Shown: piece by piece, positions 13,045 through 25,230 of the stretch
How positions within the stretch are numbered: the stretch's first letter is position 1
Layout of the letters: each line of letters opens with the position of its first letter
Assembly: GCF_006345805.1 (NCBI RefSeq)
Contig: NC_043007.1
Location: 64,418,001-64,482,000, forward strand
Direction: 5' to 3'
Length of the DNA stretch: 64,000 bases
Source of the DNA: Octopus sinensis
Taxonomy: Eukaryota
Position numbers and translations under genes: made by a program
The notes under the pieces: model-generated
What the model was told of the DNA's origin: nothing
Seen by the model: the letters and a program-made list of their open reading frames with translations, nothing else
Databases searched by the model: none

Positions 13045-13262
13045 ACTAAGGCAGCGAGCTGACAGAATTGTCAGCATGCTAAAAAAATTGCTTTGTGGTA
13101 TTTCATCTGTCTTTACATTTTGAGTACAAATTCTGCCAAGGTCAATTTTGCCTTTCATCCTTTCAGGTTTGATATAAGTAGCAGTTGGAAAAAAGATGAT
13201 ATAATCAACTAACCCCATCTCCTGAAACTGCTGGCCTTGTGCCAAAATTTGAAACCAATAAT
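13045..13262 (+). mobile_element. tRNA-derived SINE family (other copies ~18795-18968 +; 53430-53530, 56690-57150, 58904-59116, 59238-59400, 62228-62300 -)
   Basis: ggcagcgagctgacagaattgtcagc (A-box-like) ... gagtacaaattctgcc (B-box-like) ... gactttgcctttcatcctttc...gataaaataagtac ... ggccttgtgccaaaatttgaaacc. Confidence 0.8.
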
Positions 13263-14221
13263 TTTAGCAAATATGGGAGACAACTTCAGATATGTTTTGA
13301 TATTACTGGACCTCCTTAGCAAAGCATACATTTCACTGTACTTGCCAAAGAGGTGATATAAGAACCTCTAAATAGAAGAACAGAGAGCTGCAGTTGATTG
13401 AGGAGTGGGATAAAAATAAATTTGATCAGCAATTAAATAACTTTCACTTAATAACAATTAAAAACCCCAAAGAAACAGAACATTAAAAAATTGACAACTT
13501 AAAAGAAAAAAGTTATCTAAATGAAGATATATAACTCTTTCCTTTCCTTCCAGTGTGTCACACTTTAATTTGGTGCAGAACATGGATTGGGTTGTATTTC
13601 TAAAGAGATTGTGATGTTTGTCTAAAACATTCCAGAAAATATTTATTCCAACTGACTGTCATTTGGTATATAGTACTACAAATGAAAGATAAATGTATAT
13701 GACCATAATTTTGGATATTGTATAACTGTATTATATTGTGTCAATTACTAACAACAGAATTATGTGAGATCACAAGAGTTTCATGCACAGGAAAGCTCAC
13801 CGCTTATGAAAATGGTGGAGGAATTGACAATGTTAGACAATAGCTTCTCCAATGTAAAACTTATCCATGGTGGGATCCCTTGGCATCATGGAAAGCCACA
13901 ATTTTTCTCAGTTCAGAAGTTATAATCAAGTGTCACCATTAAGAATCAACATTCTTATGTTAAAGGATAATTCTGCAGAAGTCTTTCATAAATTTAGCTT
14001 GAAAGCTAACACAGCCAGACAAGAACATTAAAATATCAAAGTATTGAAAATTTCATAAATCATTTGTGAATGATGATATTAGAGACTTTTTTCCAAGGAC
14101 TAAACTGGGAAACCAACTGAAAAGCAGTTTGTTATAGCTTTGCCTCATGTCTTAAAGCAAGGAAAACCTTTATGATGTAGGATGCTGTTTACAAAGTTCC
14201 AGTAGAAAAATCTACTATTAA

Positions 14222-14441
14222 CTCTTTAGCATTCATATTATTCTGTCAAATGTAATGTTTATTTATCCACATTGTTTTGAATTAATCATGCATTATCTTG
14301 AAGCTTTGAAATTTCAATGAATTGAGTGCTTAGTTTTACAGTGACATTGTAGGGTAGGTGTGAGAGGCCAGATCTAGCTGGTTTCAACATACAACAGGTA
14401 GATTATTTTGGCCTGACCTGGCTGGTTTAAATGCTGCAGGG
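14222..14441. mobile_element. piggyBac-type MITE, 220 bp
   Basis: TTAA on both sides (14218-21, 14442-45). TIRs ctctttagcatt / ccctgcagcatt (9/12). Confidence 0.65.
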
Positions 14442-15196
14442 TTAATGTTATGGATGTCATTTACTATAAATGACCATAATCCTTATATTACTGTTGATGA
14501 GAAATTAACTTCAGGCTAAAATTTTTGTTTTTTTCTGTGGCTGTAAAGAACATCCTGCTGTTGATAAATGATGTCCTAATGGTTAGATGATAGGACATTT
14601 TGCAAAGGTATGTTGAAACCCAATATCATCATCATGGCAAATATTCAAATGGAAATTGATTTTTGGTACTGCTACAGTGGCTTATTGTAGTGGTAGTCAA
14701 TGTCTTCACAAAGAGATTGCATTATCAAAATTTTGATCACTTCAGATTGAATTTAAAGATAAACTTGCATCTTTCACTGATTCTGATGAATATGTTAATC
14801 TAAAATTTAATAACCTGTTTGACGAACTATCAAAACATTGAATAATTACTGAATCTACTAAGTTCATTAACATTAAAATTAGCCAACTTACTCAAATAAC
14901 AGAACCTGGGCACTTGAAATTGTAGGATCTAAGAGCTACTTCTGAAGCTATCATTTATTGCCTCTTTCATTAATCACCAAGTTAGGTGTTCTAAGTTCTG
15001 TTCATAGTAAACATGGTACCCAATTTGAAAGCTCTCAATTCTGGGTATGTTTAAAGAGATAGAATTTTCATACGATAACTATAACTCTTTACTATCCATC
15101 ATTGAAGAGACAAAACAAGTGCTAAAAAACAAGAAAAATCTAGCACTGAAAATTAATTGATGTATTCTAACAAACACTAATAGAAAATTGCAAAAC

Positions 15197-15302
15197 CTTT
15201 AGGTTTTTTGCTGTCATGTTCATCATTTGTCTCAGCTAACTTCCTTTTTAAAAGATTAATTTGTTGCAAATCTTGCTGCTTTTCATTCTGTGAAACAAGG
15301 TT
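15197..15302 (-). CDS. ZNF830: ZNF830 exon 3: NLVSQNEKQQDLQQINLLKRKLAETNDEHDSKKPK
   Basis: Strong pyrimidine tract tttttcttcttctttatag, phase 0 start, 106 nt, KRK...KKPK similar to human VKRKAP...KRAK. Donor AAG|gttttg is weak, but the phase fits exon 4. Confidence 0.75.
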
Positions 15303-16639
15303 CTATAAAGAAGAAGAAAAAGGAAACAAATCTTTGATTAGATAAGAAGTCCCTTAACAGACAAAGGGAAATTTCTGGTTGAAGGATACAATGCAACAGT
15401 AGCAAGAAATTACAATTTTAGAACCAGAAGTCTTGCATTGTTTTTCAATAAGAACAATTTTTCTAAGTACATGGTTACTTCAATATAGAGGAATGAACAT
15501 GATTTCATACATGAATCAGAGACCTGAAAATTTTAAGAGAAAGATTACTGGTGATTTTGATATCTATGCCTTTTCCAAATGCTATTATAAACATAATAGT
15601 ATTGATTATAAATGGAAACTAAAATAATGTTGAAACCACTGTATTTAAGTTCATGCTCTGATTCCGTATTTTAATACATTAGGGTGTTCAGGAAGTAATT
15701 ATGTATTTTCATAAGGAAAGGAAAAACAAATGTCAGTAAGGTTTAATTAAATACTATTTATCAATAATATAACACACTTCATTATCAATGACAATAGCTC
15801 AACAAGAAGGCAAAAAATTGATTCTTAAGTTTAAAAGTTCCATTTTTTTGGTGAAAAAATGTTTGACATTTTCAATTTTTTTTTTGTTTCTGAATGTTCT
15901 GCTAACTATGGAATGCTCTAGCAATCAAAACAAGTAAAAATCATCTGCACACATTAAAAGCTAGTGAGTATGGGTGTGTGTGGAAGAACTTCCCATCCTA
16001 ACAAACTAGTCTTTTACTAAATTTATATAGTCAGTCCTTGCATAATTAAGCTGGAGATTAACATCTTTTCTGTTTATCAAAGCTGGCCAATTTTGACATA
16101 ATGCTTCATTTGCACAGTCAAGTTACTAGCAATAAACATCTGCAGTGATGATTATTCCTTGTTTCAGTATCTCATAATGGACAACACCATCCATGTTCCA
16201 CCAGATGTGAAGCAAAGACTTCTGTAGATGAAATCTTGGTTTTGGTGTTAGCACTGATCTCTCATTTATTGATAACTACTGCTGTTTTCTTTTTCAGTAG
16301 ATGAGCTGTATCTATTTTTCATAACCTTTAACAATGCAATAGAGAAATGACAGACTGTTATCCTTAGTCAAGCGACTACTGCAGATGGTAGGCTGTAAAT
16401 GTTTACCATTGCTAGCATAAAGTACTACTGCTTAAAAATTCATACTGTTAGCAATGGTGAATATGTTGCTCTTTAACTCTTTTTATGGAGTTAAAATTTA
16501 CTCTACACAGCTGGATAGAAAAGATGATAAATCAGATCCAGATGTCATTGTCAGCCATTTAAGCATCATTATCCTTTAATTATATTTCGTTTTTGGATTT
16601 GGTTTGCAAGATTCTTTATATGAGTTCGTGTGTTGAAGC

Positions 16640-17715
16640 ATATTCTGTTGTGTCTGGGAAGAGTCATTTTCTTTTTGTGCCTTATTATGTAACACACTTA
16701 CCGGTAAAATTTCAACTTTTTTCTTATTTTTATTTTCCTAAAATTTTCGTTGCGTCTTGCAACCTTTTCAATAGTTTTGTCCGTTATTTACACTGCATTC
16801 CTTTTGTTTGTTTGTGCACATGTGTGTGGGTCAGTGTGTGTGTGTGTGTGTGTGTGCCTATACATGCATGCATGTATGTATATATGTATGTGTGTGTTTG
16901 CATGTGTATGTATATATATATGTATATATGTGTGTGTATGCATATGTATATATGTGTGTGCATCTGTATGTACGTATCCTGCATATTTATGTGCGTGCAT
17001 GTCTGTGTATTTTCTATGTACGTGTGTATGAGCATGTGTGTGTATACGTATGCACCTCTGTCTCCTTGTGTGTGCATGTCTGTGTGTGTGTGTTATGCAA
17101 CTATGTACCATGTTTGTATGTATGGATGTGCATCTTTATATGTGTGGATCTGTGTCTCCATGTGTCTGTTCTTATAGCCCATATACCTATCCATCTGTAT
17201 ATTGATCTGTTTATTTTCATATCTATATGCTTACGTACAGGTAAAAAAAAAAGTGCATACACACACACACTCACACCCACATACATACATTTATCTACCT
17301 AACAGTCCACTAGCTATTCTACTCTACCTGTGTAAACATCTAAGACAATATGATGACAGAAAACAGTCCTCCATACTCTACCAACATGCCAAAGACCACC
17401 ATGGAGGTAATTTGGGTCAACTTGACATCCGCATCTTATCCAAGCACCCAAAAGACCCAACACTCAGACAAATACGGGAGTATGTCCTTATAAATGAAAC
17501 CTCCCCAATACTAAATAGCAAATATACAAGGTAAATACCATACCTCCATACGCAGTGTAAATAACGGACAGAGTCAAAACTACTGAACAAGTTGCAAGAC
17601 ACAACGAAAATTTTTAGAACAATAAAAATAAGAAAAAAGTTGAAATTTTACCGGTGAGTGTGTTACATAATAAGGCACAAAAAGAAAATGACTCTCTCCA
17701 GACACAACAGAATAT
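16640..17715. mobile_element. Penelope-like remnant: inverted ~160-bp arms (16640-16796 / 17552-17715) around a (TG/TA)n tract and a GIY-YIG C-terminal fragment (17320-17534, +)
   Basis: Arms are reverse complements (~85-90%). Peptide SILYQHAKDHH...DIRILSK..DPTLRQIREYVLINETSPILNSK resembles the end of PLE GIY-YIG endonucleases. Confidence 0.7.
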
Positions 17716-18264
17716 CCTTTAATTTGTTAACTTATAATTTTTACCAGAGAAAAATATAATTTTCTGAACACCATTTATACAACTATTTTCAAAGCTGCCC
17801 AGGACAGTTGCTATTAGTCTATTAAGTATTAAGATACACTCAAGATAATTATTAATATCATTATCTTGATGACTATTAATTCAGAATTGTTGTAGTGATT
17901 AATTTTTGATGAAAAAAGACCCAATTAGAAATGTAGCAGATAAAGAGCATTTCATAATAAAAAAAAAACAAGGTCATTGTACAAAGTATGCAAAAGCTTT
18001 GATAATACAATATTCTTTCCACAGAAAATTAGTTATCAAGAGAGGTATTTTATTCTAGGGGAGATCAGCCTTTAGATGAAAAACACATTCCTATAATTCC
18101 CTAAGAGCTCTGAAAAACAATAATTAAAATTAACTTCAATAACTCACAGTCAGACAATAACAATAAAAAGTCATGCAAAGACTGTACCCCCACTTTATGA
18201 CATAAGGGATTCAAATGAAACTCAAACAAGTTTTCCAGTAACTCAAAAACAAAACAGTCTGTAC

Positions 18265-18364
18265 CTCTTTATGTTGACGTCCCTGAAGATGTGCATTCCA
18301 CAGAAGAGAGCTCTTTAGTGCAGTGTTACATACAGTACATACTAACTGTCCCAAACAGTTGTAT
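18265..18364 (-). CDS. ZNF830: ZNF830 exon 2, C2H2 (U1/matrin-type) zinc finger: YNCLGQLVCTVCNTALKSSLLWNAHLQGRQHKE
   Basis: Acceptor ttttttactccag|A, donor GAG|gtacag, 100 nt (1+33 codons). Matches human [31 protein letters not shown]. Confidence 0.95.
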
Positions 18365-20094
18365 CTGGAGTAAAAAAAATTTGTCAAGGAATATTTGTGA
18401 TGGTACACCAACAATATAAAAGAAGTACAATACTGCTTGCTATGTGAAACCAATCACGTAATTTAGAATACATGAACTATATTATAGGAAACAAAAATGA
18501 ATGTTTGCATTCTGAGTTCAAATCCTGCTAGGGTTGATTGTGCTTGCTATCTCTCTGGAACCATTAAAAATCCATGCAATCTATTTTATTCCTCTTTTAC
18601 AAAAATGAACTTCATTTTAAGAATAATATATTTTGTAAATACGTGTGTATATTTAAGTCAGGGTAAAACTGTTTTAACCCATGAAGATTGTTTCCTTACT
18701 ACTGTAATTTGAATGGGTTTGTAATACTACTGTAGTTTTAACAGGTTTGTATTTTTCAAAACAGCTTTCATTCTTTGTTAATATTTGTGAGTTTAAGGCA
18801 GAATTTCATGTCTTCATGTTCTGTGTTCAAATTTTGCTGAGGTTGACTTCGCCTTTCATTCTTTTGTGGTGGGGTCAATAAAATAAGTACCAGTTGAGCA
18901 CTGGGGTCAATCTAATTGACTTACCCCTTCCCCAAAATTGCTGGCCTTGTATCAAAATTTGAAATAAATATTTGTGTAAGCCTAACCTCTCTCAAGTAAA
19001 GCTAATATCCCCTCTTCATTACCCCGCCACCACCAAGTCACAACAATATTTTCATGTTGCCCTAATAACCAAATCATTGTAATGAATATTTTAAAATGTT
19101 TTCCATTTTTAATCAATCAATAAATAATACTAATATATACAAAACTAACAAGCAAAAAACAATCAAGAAATTGCAGAAGATCAATTCTCTTGATATTTAG
19201 TCTTATCAGTCATACACACCATTTAATAGTAACTATATGTTAGAAACATTATGTTTGAGCATTACAACTTACTAGTTCATATGTACCTTTTTAAAGCTTT
19301 TCTGCAACTATATTTCTAACAAGTATACAATATATGTGTTTCAATTAATTTAAAAAATAAACTGGGTTGGAAGTGTTTAGTAAAAGCATGAAAATTTTAT
19401 TAATTTATTGCAATATTATGCTAGTTTTTAAAACATGAAAGACAAGTGGATGTCTGTTGAAATCTCATTCATATAAAGGGATTTTAACTTCATCATAAAA
19501 ATAGTCTAACTTTGTAGTAATTGGCAATCTCGACCAAGAGGTGGCTTGCAGCATATGGTACTGAAACAATCTTCAGCCAGTGGAAAATTGTCATACCAAC
19601 TCTAAAAAAAATTCCTCGTAGCACCAAATATTACACTGTAATATAAAACTACATTAGTCATCTTAAATAATGCTGAAGATTAATTTTTACATTAGCTATG
19701 TCCTTAAATCAGGACTTAGTGAATATGAATAACTTTGGGAAGTATGTGGTTTACCTTACCAAAGATGTATGCATACAAGTATCTATTATTTTTAATGCTA
19801 GTTAGACTGGGAAAGTATTATCTAGTTGAATCTGGTATGGACATGTGTATGGGTGAATAAAGAAGGTTCAAACAATCAAGTGCAAAGAAGACAGAAGAAA
19901 TAGACCAAAGACATGGGAAGAAGTTGTGAAGAGCGACTTCACAAAAGGACTCTGGCAAGACAATGCTTCAGAAGACATTCAATACATGCAAAAAAATGTG
20001 CTAAAATGATGATAATGAATTTTACCACATATATAATGAAACATGAGATATATATATATCTTCAGTTTTAATAAATTTAATCAATCTAATGAGG

Positions 20095-20125
<31 letters not shown>

Positions 20126-20404
20126 AATAAACTTAAATACACACACACATCTACCAAACATAATTCTTCATTCCTCATTCTCAACCTTCACACATGCCTC
20201 CAGTTACTCTCCCACTCCTCTACCATACCTGTTACCATTCCCTGTGCCATCTCATTTCTTTCACCATAGCTACCCCTTACAAATCTCTACATATCCCTTT
20301 GCATCACTTGCTCGTCATTCCCTCATTTCTGAACAATTCCTATTTCTCCACCACACTAGCCCATACTGATATTTCCCACCAAGTAAGTCGTTATCTACCA
20401 CAAC

Positions 20405-21841
20405 AGTTTTTAAGTTTGTGAACTACAGAAAGTTATGATCTTTGTGGTTTCCAAAGAATTTCTGTCCTGATGAGCAGATCTTTTGATTTTTTTTACTGCA
20501 GAAGCAATTAAGTCTAGGGCTTCAGAAAATATATTATTTCTGGTTCTTTTTGCTATCAGGTCTTCTTGATGGAGAACGCAATGAATTGTGAAGACGGGAT
20601 TAAATTCTATCCATCTGGCAACAAAACCTTGGGATTTGCCAATGATAGACAGTGCTCCATCAGTGCATATTGATATGAGGTTGAGGGTATCAATACCATT
20701 TTTCGTAAGATAATCCATGACTGCATTGTAGATCGTCTCTCCCGTGTTTTTCAGTACGGTTTTCATAAAGAGTAGGTTTTTCACAAACTGTGGTACCTTT
20801 CACATAGCAAGCAAAGCACATTTGTTTTCAAAAGTGCTGTCATCCACTGTCAATGAGAATCTGTAGTGTCGCAAGCCTTCTACAACTGTGGATTCGACAT
20901 CTTCGGCTATTTCACAAATGCGGGAAGATACAGTGTTGTTTGAAAGTGGAATACTTGCTAAAACTGAGGTAGTGTTCGGCAAATTAATAACTTTATATGC
21001 TTGAAGTATGGAGGGCCTAATCAGATCTTTGCCAATGGTATGTGGGCAACCCTTGTTTGCTATCATGAACGAAATGTTTAGGATGCCTGCAGACCAGAAC
21101 AGTTGTTAGTATGGACAAGGAAATTTTTGAGTAAAGAAGATGAGACATTTTTTATGCAATGGTTTTCTTCAAAGTACTCCTTTGGCTTGCCAAATAAACC
21201 AGGATGGATTTTTTGTAGATGATACAACAATTTCAAGGGTTTCACTGAGTCGTTAGTTAATACTTTTGAGAAGAAAATACACTGTGGTAAAAAGGGATCT
21301 TCTACACTGGATACAAAACCACATCTTCGTGATATTGTTACAGAATCTTTTTTCCGAGTTGGTGGATGGAGAATTAAGGGAACGTTATTCCATAGCACTG
21401 ACAGAAAATTTCTACAGATTAAAATTAGACTAACACTTGCATAAAAATGTATGTACCTGGAGAGATAATATGATATGTTGGTTTAAGCTGTAAGAACTGA
21501 GGTTTCGTTAGTAATCCTCAATTCAAAAGTCAGGTAGAAAACCTGATCACCTTGGCTGGCCGAGAACACAATTTTTTGTGTGTTTTTAATGCGTGCAAAT
21601 GTGGATCTGATTGTGGGCGTCCGTACCTGTCTGTGTATGATGGGATAGCTAATTGTCCGATAGGTAATGAGTGCACTCATCTGTGCTTACGCATCTGCGA
21701 TGAGGCATATTTTGCTTGTGTGACGTGTGTGTATGGAAAAAGTTAAATTCTTCAGATGGACCACAGAGAATTTTCCAAGGACCATCTGAATTTTCCTGTG
21801 GACCACCTTGTGGTCCACATGGACCATGTTGGGAGCCCCTG
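20405..21841 (-). mobile_element. hAT (Charlie/Buster-like) transposon, 3'-truncated pseudogene
   Basis: Terminus CAGGGGCTCCCAAC at 21841. Frameshifted motifs 'NDSVKPLKLLYHLQKIHP', 'SIPLSNNTVSSRI', 'FSLTVDDST', 'CTDGALSIIG', 'IHCVLHQEDL'. Confidence 0.88.
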
Positions 21842-22809
21842 TTTTAAATGATTAATCAAAAACTACCCCTGTGAATTCTCAGTCAAACTGTCCAACCCAT
21901 GCCAGCATGAAAAGCAGATGTTAAACGATGATGAGTAACTGTACAGTATAATGAAAGGAGGAGACTTACACACATGTATGTTGAAATGGATATCACATTT
22001 TTAATTATCTTGTAAATTCATAATTTGGTTCCAGCCCAGTAATGAGTAATGCGTTGAATGATGTAAATATAACAGAAAACCTTCAAATTTTAATTGTACT
22101 AGCACAAACATTTTTGAAAAAGACAAGGATGAAATGAACTGACAAATGCTGTTATTAACATGATACATTTTAAAATTATATATAAATATCAAGTGGAAAG
22201 TAAAAGTAAAAACTATAACCTCTCTCCATGTTACATTTAGAGTATGAAATTATCTTAAAATAGTTGTTGCTTTTGTAAATAAAAATAAAAAATAAACTCA
22301 AAGAAAATGAAGTAATTCCCACTTTAACCATGCTATAACTTCTGTTATAAATTGCTTACATTTACATACTCTATGGTATCCTGGTTCATACAACCTAACG
22401 AAGAAATTGTACAAAATTTCTGTGATGTAAAACCAGTTTTCACATATGTATGGCCCATCATATCGTGAAAGTAACTACAAGCATATAATGGAATCGAAAG
22501 TATAATCTTTTAAGATTGCTTTCTTCAGTTTAAAAAAACAAAAGATTGTTTCCTGTGAACAATCTTTTTTTTTTCATTCCACATATACCAGCTTTTTGGA
22601 GTAGTACAGGAGCAGTTCTTTTCTCAACAAATTGTTACATGCATCATATTTATTTTTAGGAAGTTGTATTGTCAGTATCATGTCATTCCAGATCTTGCCT
22701 TATGTATTTTCAAATTTTTATCAATATTAATATTCTATGCCAAAATATAAGTACAATTATAAAATTTCAGTTTTAACCTACATTTCGCCTTAGTACCCTC
22801 GCATTAACA

Positions 22810-22990
22810 TATATATATATAGTTAATCCAAAAATGAAAACACAACGCGAGGACGTGGAACAAGTATAGTGTTATTGGACGTTCAGGAAAGGAAAGAAAG
22901 AAGGAGGATTTAACGTTTCGAGCGGAGCTCTTCGTCAGAAACACAGAAAAAGGAAAGATCCAAGGAAGGGAAGACGGATACACACGCGCA
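22810..22990 (-). mobile_element. Penelope-like pLTR fragment carrying the hammerhead
   Basis: CpG-retaining ~180-bp segment bounded by (AT)n and (CA)n runs, containing the motif typical of PLE terminal repeats. Confidence 0.55.
22907..22941 (-). ncRNA. Minimal hammerhead motif in a Penelope pLTR-like repeat, sense to ZNF830 intron 1
   Basis: Minus strand gttt-CTGACGA-A-GAGC(tcc)GCTC-GAAA-C-G-TT-aaat: core, 4-bp stem II, palindromic AACGTT stem III, short stem I (3 bp plus G-U). Confidence 0.7.
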
Positions 22991-23175
22991 CACACATATA
23001 TAGCAGGCCTCAATGTAACAATATAAAGTTGCTGTTAGAACACTATAAACATAACCTTCAATAAGTTTTATCAAAAATAAAATACTTAAATGTAGTAACT
23101 ATCGTGGAACAGAAGTAATATGTTATAAAGTTAAAATGGTGTGAATATGAAATATTCAATTGATGTTAAGGATAC

Positions 23176-23288
23176 TTTGCATGAGGATGATCAACTTTTT
23201 TGTCTTTGCTTCGAACAGTAATTTTTGTTTCTTTCATTAAACGACGCAAATCATCCTTGGAGACGGGTTTCTTCTTGAAAGCTGCCAT
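23176..23288 (-). CDS. ZNF830: ZNF830 (CCDC16) coding exon 1: MAAFKKKPVSKDDLRRLMKETKITVRSKDKKVDHPHA(K)
   Basis: ATG at 23288-23286. The 'LRRLMKE...HPHAKY' motif resembles the ZNF830 N-terminus (human EELRRLMKEK...SPFAKY). Donor AA|gtatcc is phase 2 and joins exon 2 in frame. Confidence 0.93.
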
Positions 23289-23551
23289 CTTCAATAACAA
23301 TTCAACCAGAGTTAGTAACTTGTTTAGTAAATAGTTTCGACTATTTTGTTTTTGATTACAAAAATATTTAATCACGTATGTAAAAAACAATTCCAACATA
23401 CGTATTTTCGAAAATTAATATTTTGAAAATTTTAAAAGTTTCATTAACTATATAGCCGCATAATTATAGATACAACAATTGGCGGATAAGATTAATGTAA
23501 TATATAACCGGAAGTAACCGGTGTTCGGCAAAAGGCGGGAACCTTGATAAC
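23281..23551. promoter_or_regulatory. Bidirectional promoter between ZNF830 (-) and MGME1 (+)
   Basis: YY1-like AAGATGGCAGC over the ZNF830 ATG (minus, 23281-23291), TATATAA at 23501-23507, ETS/GABP motif CCGGAAGT at 23508-23515. CpGs are retained locally in an otherwise CpG-poor window. Confidence 0.7.
23508..23551 (+). other. MGME1: Predicted non-coding first exon of MGME1 (start approximate)
   Basis: GC-richer stretch after the ETS motif ends in a good donor AAC|gtaaga (intron from 23552). The next strong acceptor before the MGME1 ATG is ttttccag at 30206. Inference, no transcript data. Confidence 0.5.
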
Positions 23552-23639
23552 GTAAGAATATCTATTTCGTTTATTTTCGTTTAGGTATTCTTTGAAATCG
23601 TTTCATCAAACAGTTTGAATTTGGTTTTCCATTATTAAC

Positions 23640-24030
23640 TACTTTAATAATATGATTAGAAATTTATTGCAAGTTTGTAAAATCAACGCACGACAGAAAT
23701 GGCACCAATCAACACAAGTATTCTTGTTGCACTGAATCTCAGGAGAAATGTCATTCTGAGAGAAGTCGTAGGCCCAGCGATATGATAGAAGGATGATATT
23801 GTACAAACTGTGATGGCTGTTTTCGAACGAACTACTTTGACGAATACTAGCTTTATTTTTGCACGTGTTGCAGTACCAAATTTTACCGTCGTTAATGTCT
23901 CTCATATTTATAAGTTCACACTGTACGTTGCACACCGGATACTGTGTTCTTTAACAATCCACGGCGGGCACACCAAGCAATACAAGTCGCTGAATCTGAC
24001 AAAGGTCGAGTCAGAGTCGTAATTGTATTC
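23640..24030 (-). mobile_element. Merlin (IS1595-related) transposase N-terminal fragment
   Basis: CIAWCARRGLL / CNVQC...DGKIWYCNTC...SIRQSSSFENS...LLSYRW...TCVDWCHFCR matches the Merlin N-terminal pattern. Frameshifted, no DDE domain present. Confidence 0.72.
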
Positions 24031-25230
24031 CTTTCGTTGATTATCTGCTGATTTGTAATTTTTTCGTTCTGATTTCCAATAAAACGAGGAGTAGCAGGGT
24101 GTCTATGAGAGATGCTAATCGAGTTGTTAATACAAATTCGAATTTACGAAAGTAAAATAGGAAATCCCCATATTATTTATATGTGAATTCTAAAATAAAA
24201 TATACTACCTTCGATAATATTATCACTCAAATAAAATATATGTATTGTACGGAATTAGGAACGGATTTAAATGAAACTACATTATTGTATTGTGTCTTGT
24301 TTTAAAACTATTTTATCCCCTGTACAGTAACTGTTTCTCTGATTCTGAGTAATAAGTTACCTCTTTTGTTTCATGTCTCAACTTAGTTAACAGGAAATAT
24401 TAGTTTACTTTTTGTCTGGAATTATAAAATGCATTATATTGGCATCACCACTTTAGGAACTTGGTAGGTAAAGTTTCTGTCATAATCTATATAAGGAAGG
24501 ATTAGAGGATGTTCAGTTGAGATGAGAGTAATAGATGGGAAAATTAAAGTTAGAATGAGAGAGAAATCTGTAATAACCTTTTGCTAGTTTTGATTTTAGA
24601 TAATTTTCGTAATTGTGCAGAAATGTTCTAAACAGATGAGGTATGTCAAACTGGATAGCTCTGCTTTTGGCCCTCGGTTACTTCTGATCAAGAAAGCTAT
24701 AATCAAAAGAAATTCCAGTCATGATCATCCTGTCTTTTTGCGTTTTATTCTTATACTGCTTTATTATTTAGAAGCCAGGTAAGGAGAAACAATGCTCCTA
24801 ATTTTTGGAAGTCCCCCTCCCTCTCCATACTTGTGAGAATATGCAGCTGAGCGCTCTGGTGAGATGACCTGTAAATAAGTTGAACTTTGTTAAAGGCGGC
24901 TGCAAATTTCATTTACTCATCTAATTGACGACGAGCCTCAGCGTGTGTCGTTCGATCTACTAGAAATAGTAACTAAATCTCCATTTCACATGCTACAGCT
25001 TTAAAATGGATACATACGAGAATGTTTTTGTTAGATACACTGATTTTCTTTGTGGTCTGGGGGAGAAGACATTGATTATGGTTGAAAGGTATTCTATCCA
25101 TAGGTCTGCTCGAATAGAGATGACCTTGGGCTAAGAGAGATACAAACAAAACGTTTCTATAGCAGTCTTAGTCTGACTTTAATAAATTTTCGCTACTGAT
25201 ATTTTCACTTTTGAACTCTTTACTAAATAC

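Noticed and set aside
14885-14921. 37-nt exon-like segment (ag...ga|gtaagt) on the minus strand
   Set aside because: It would shift the frame between exons 3 and 4 and has no ZNF830 similarity.
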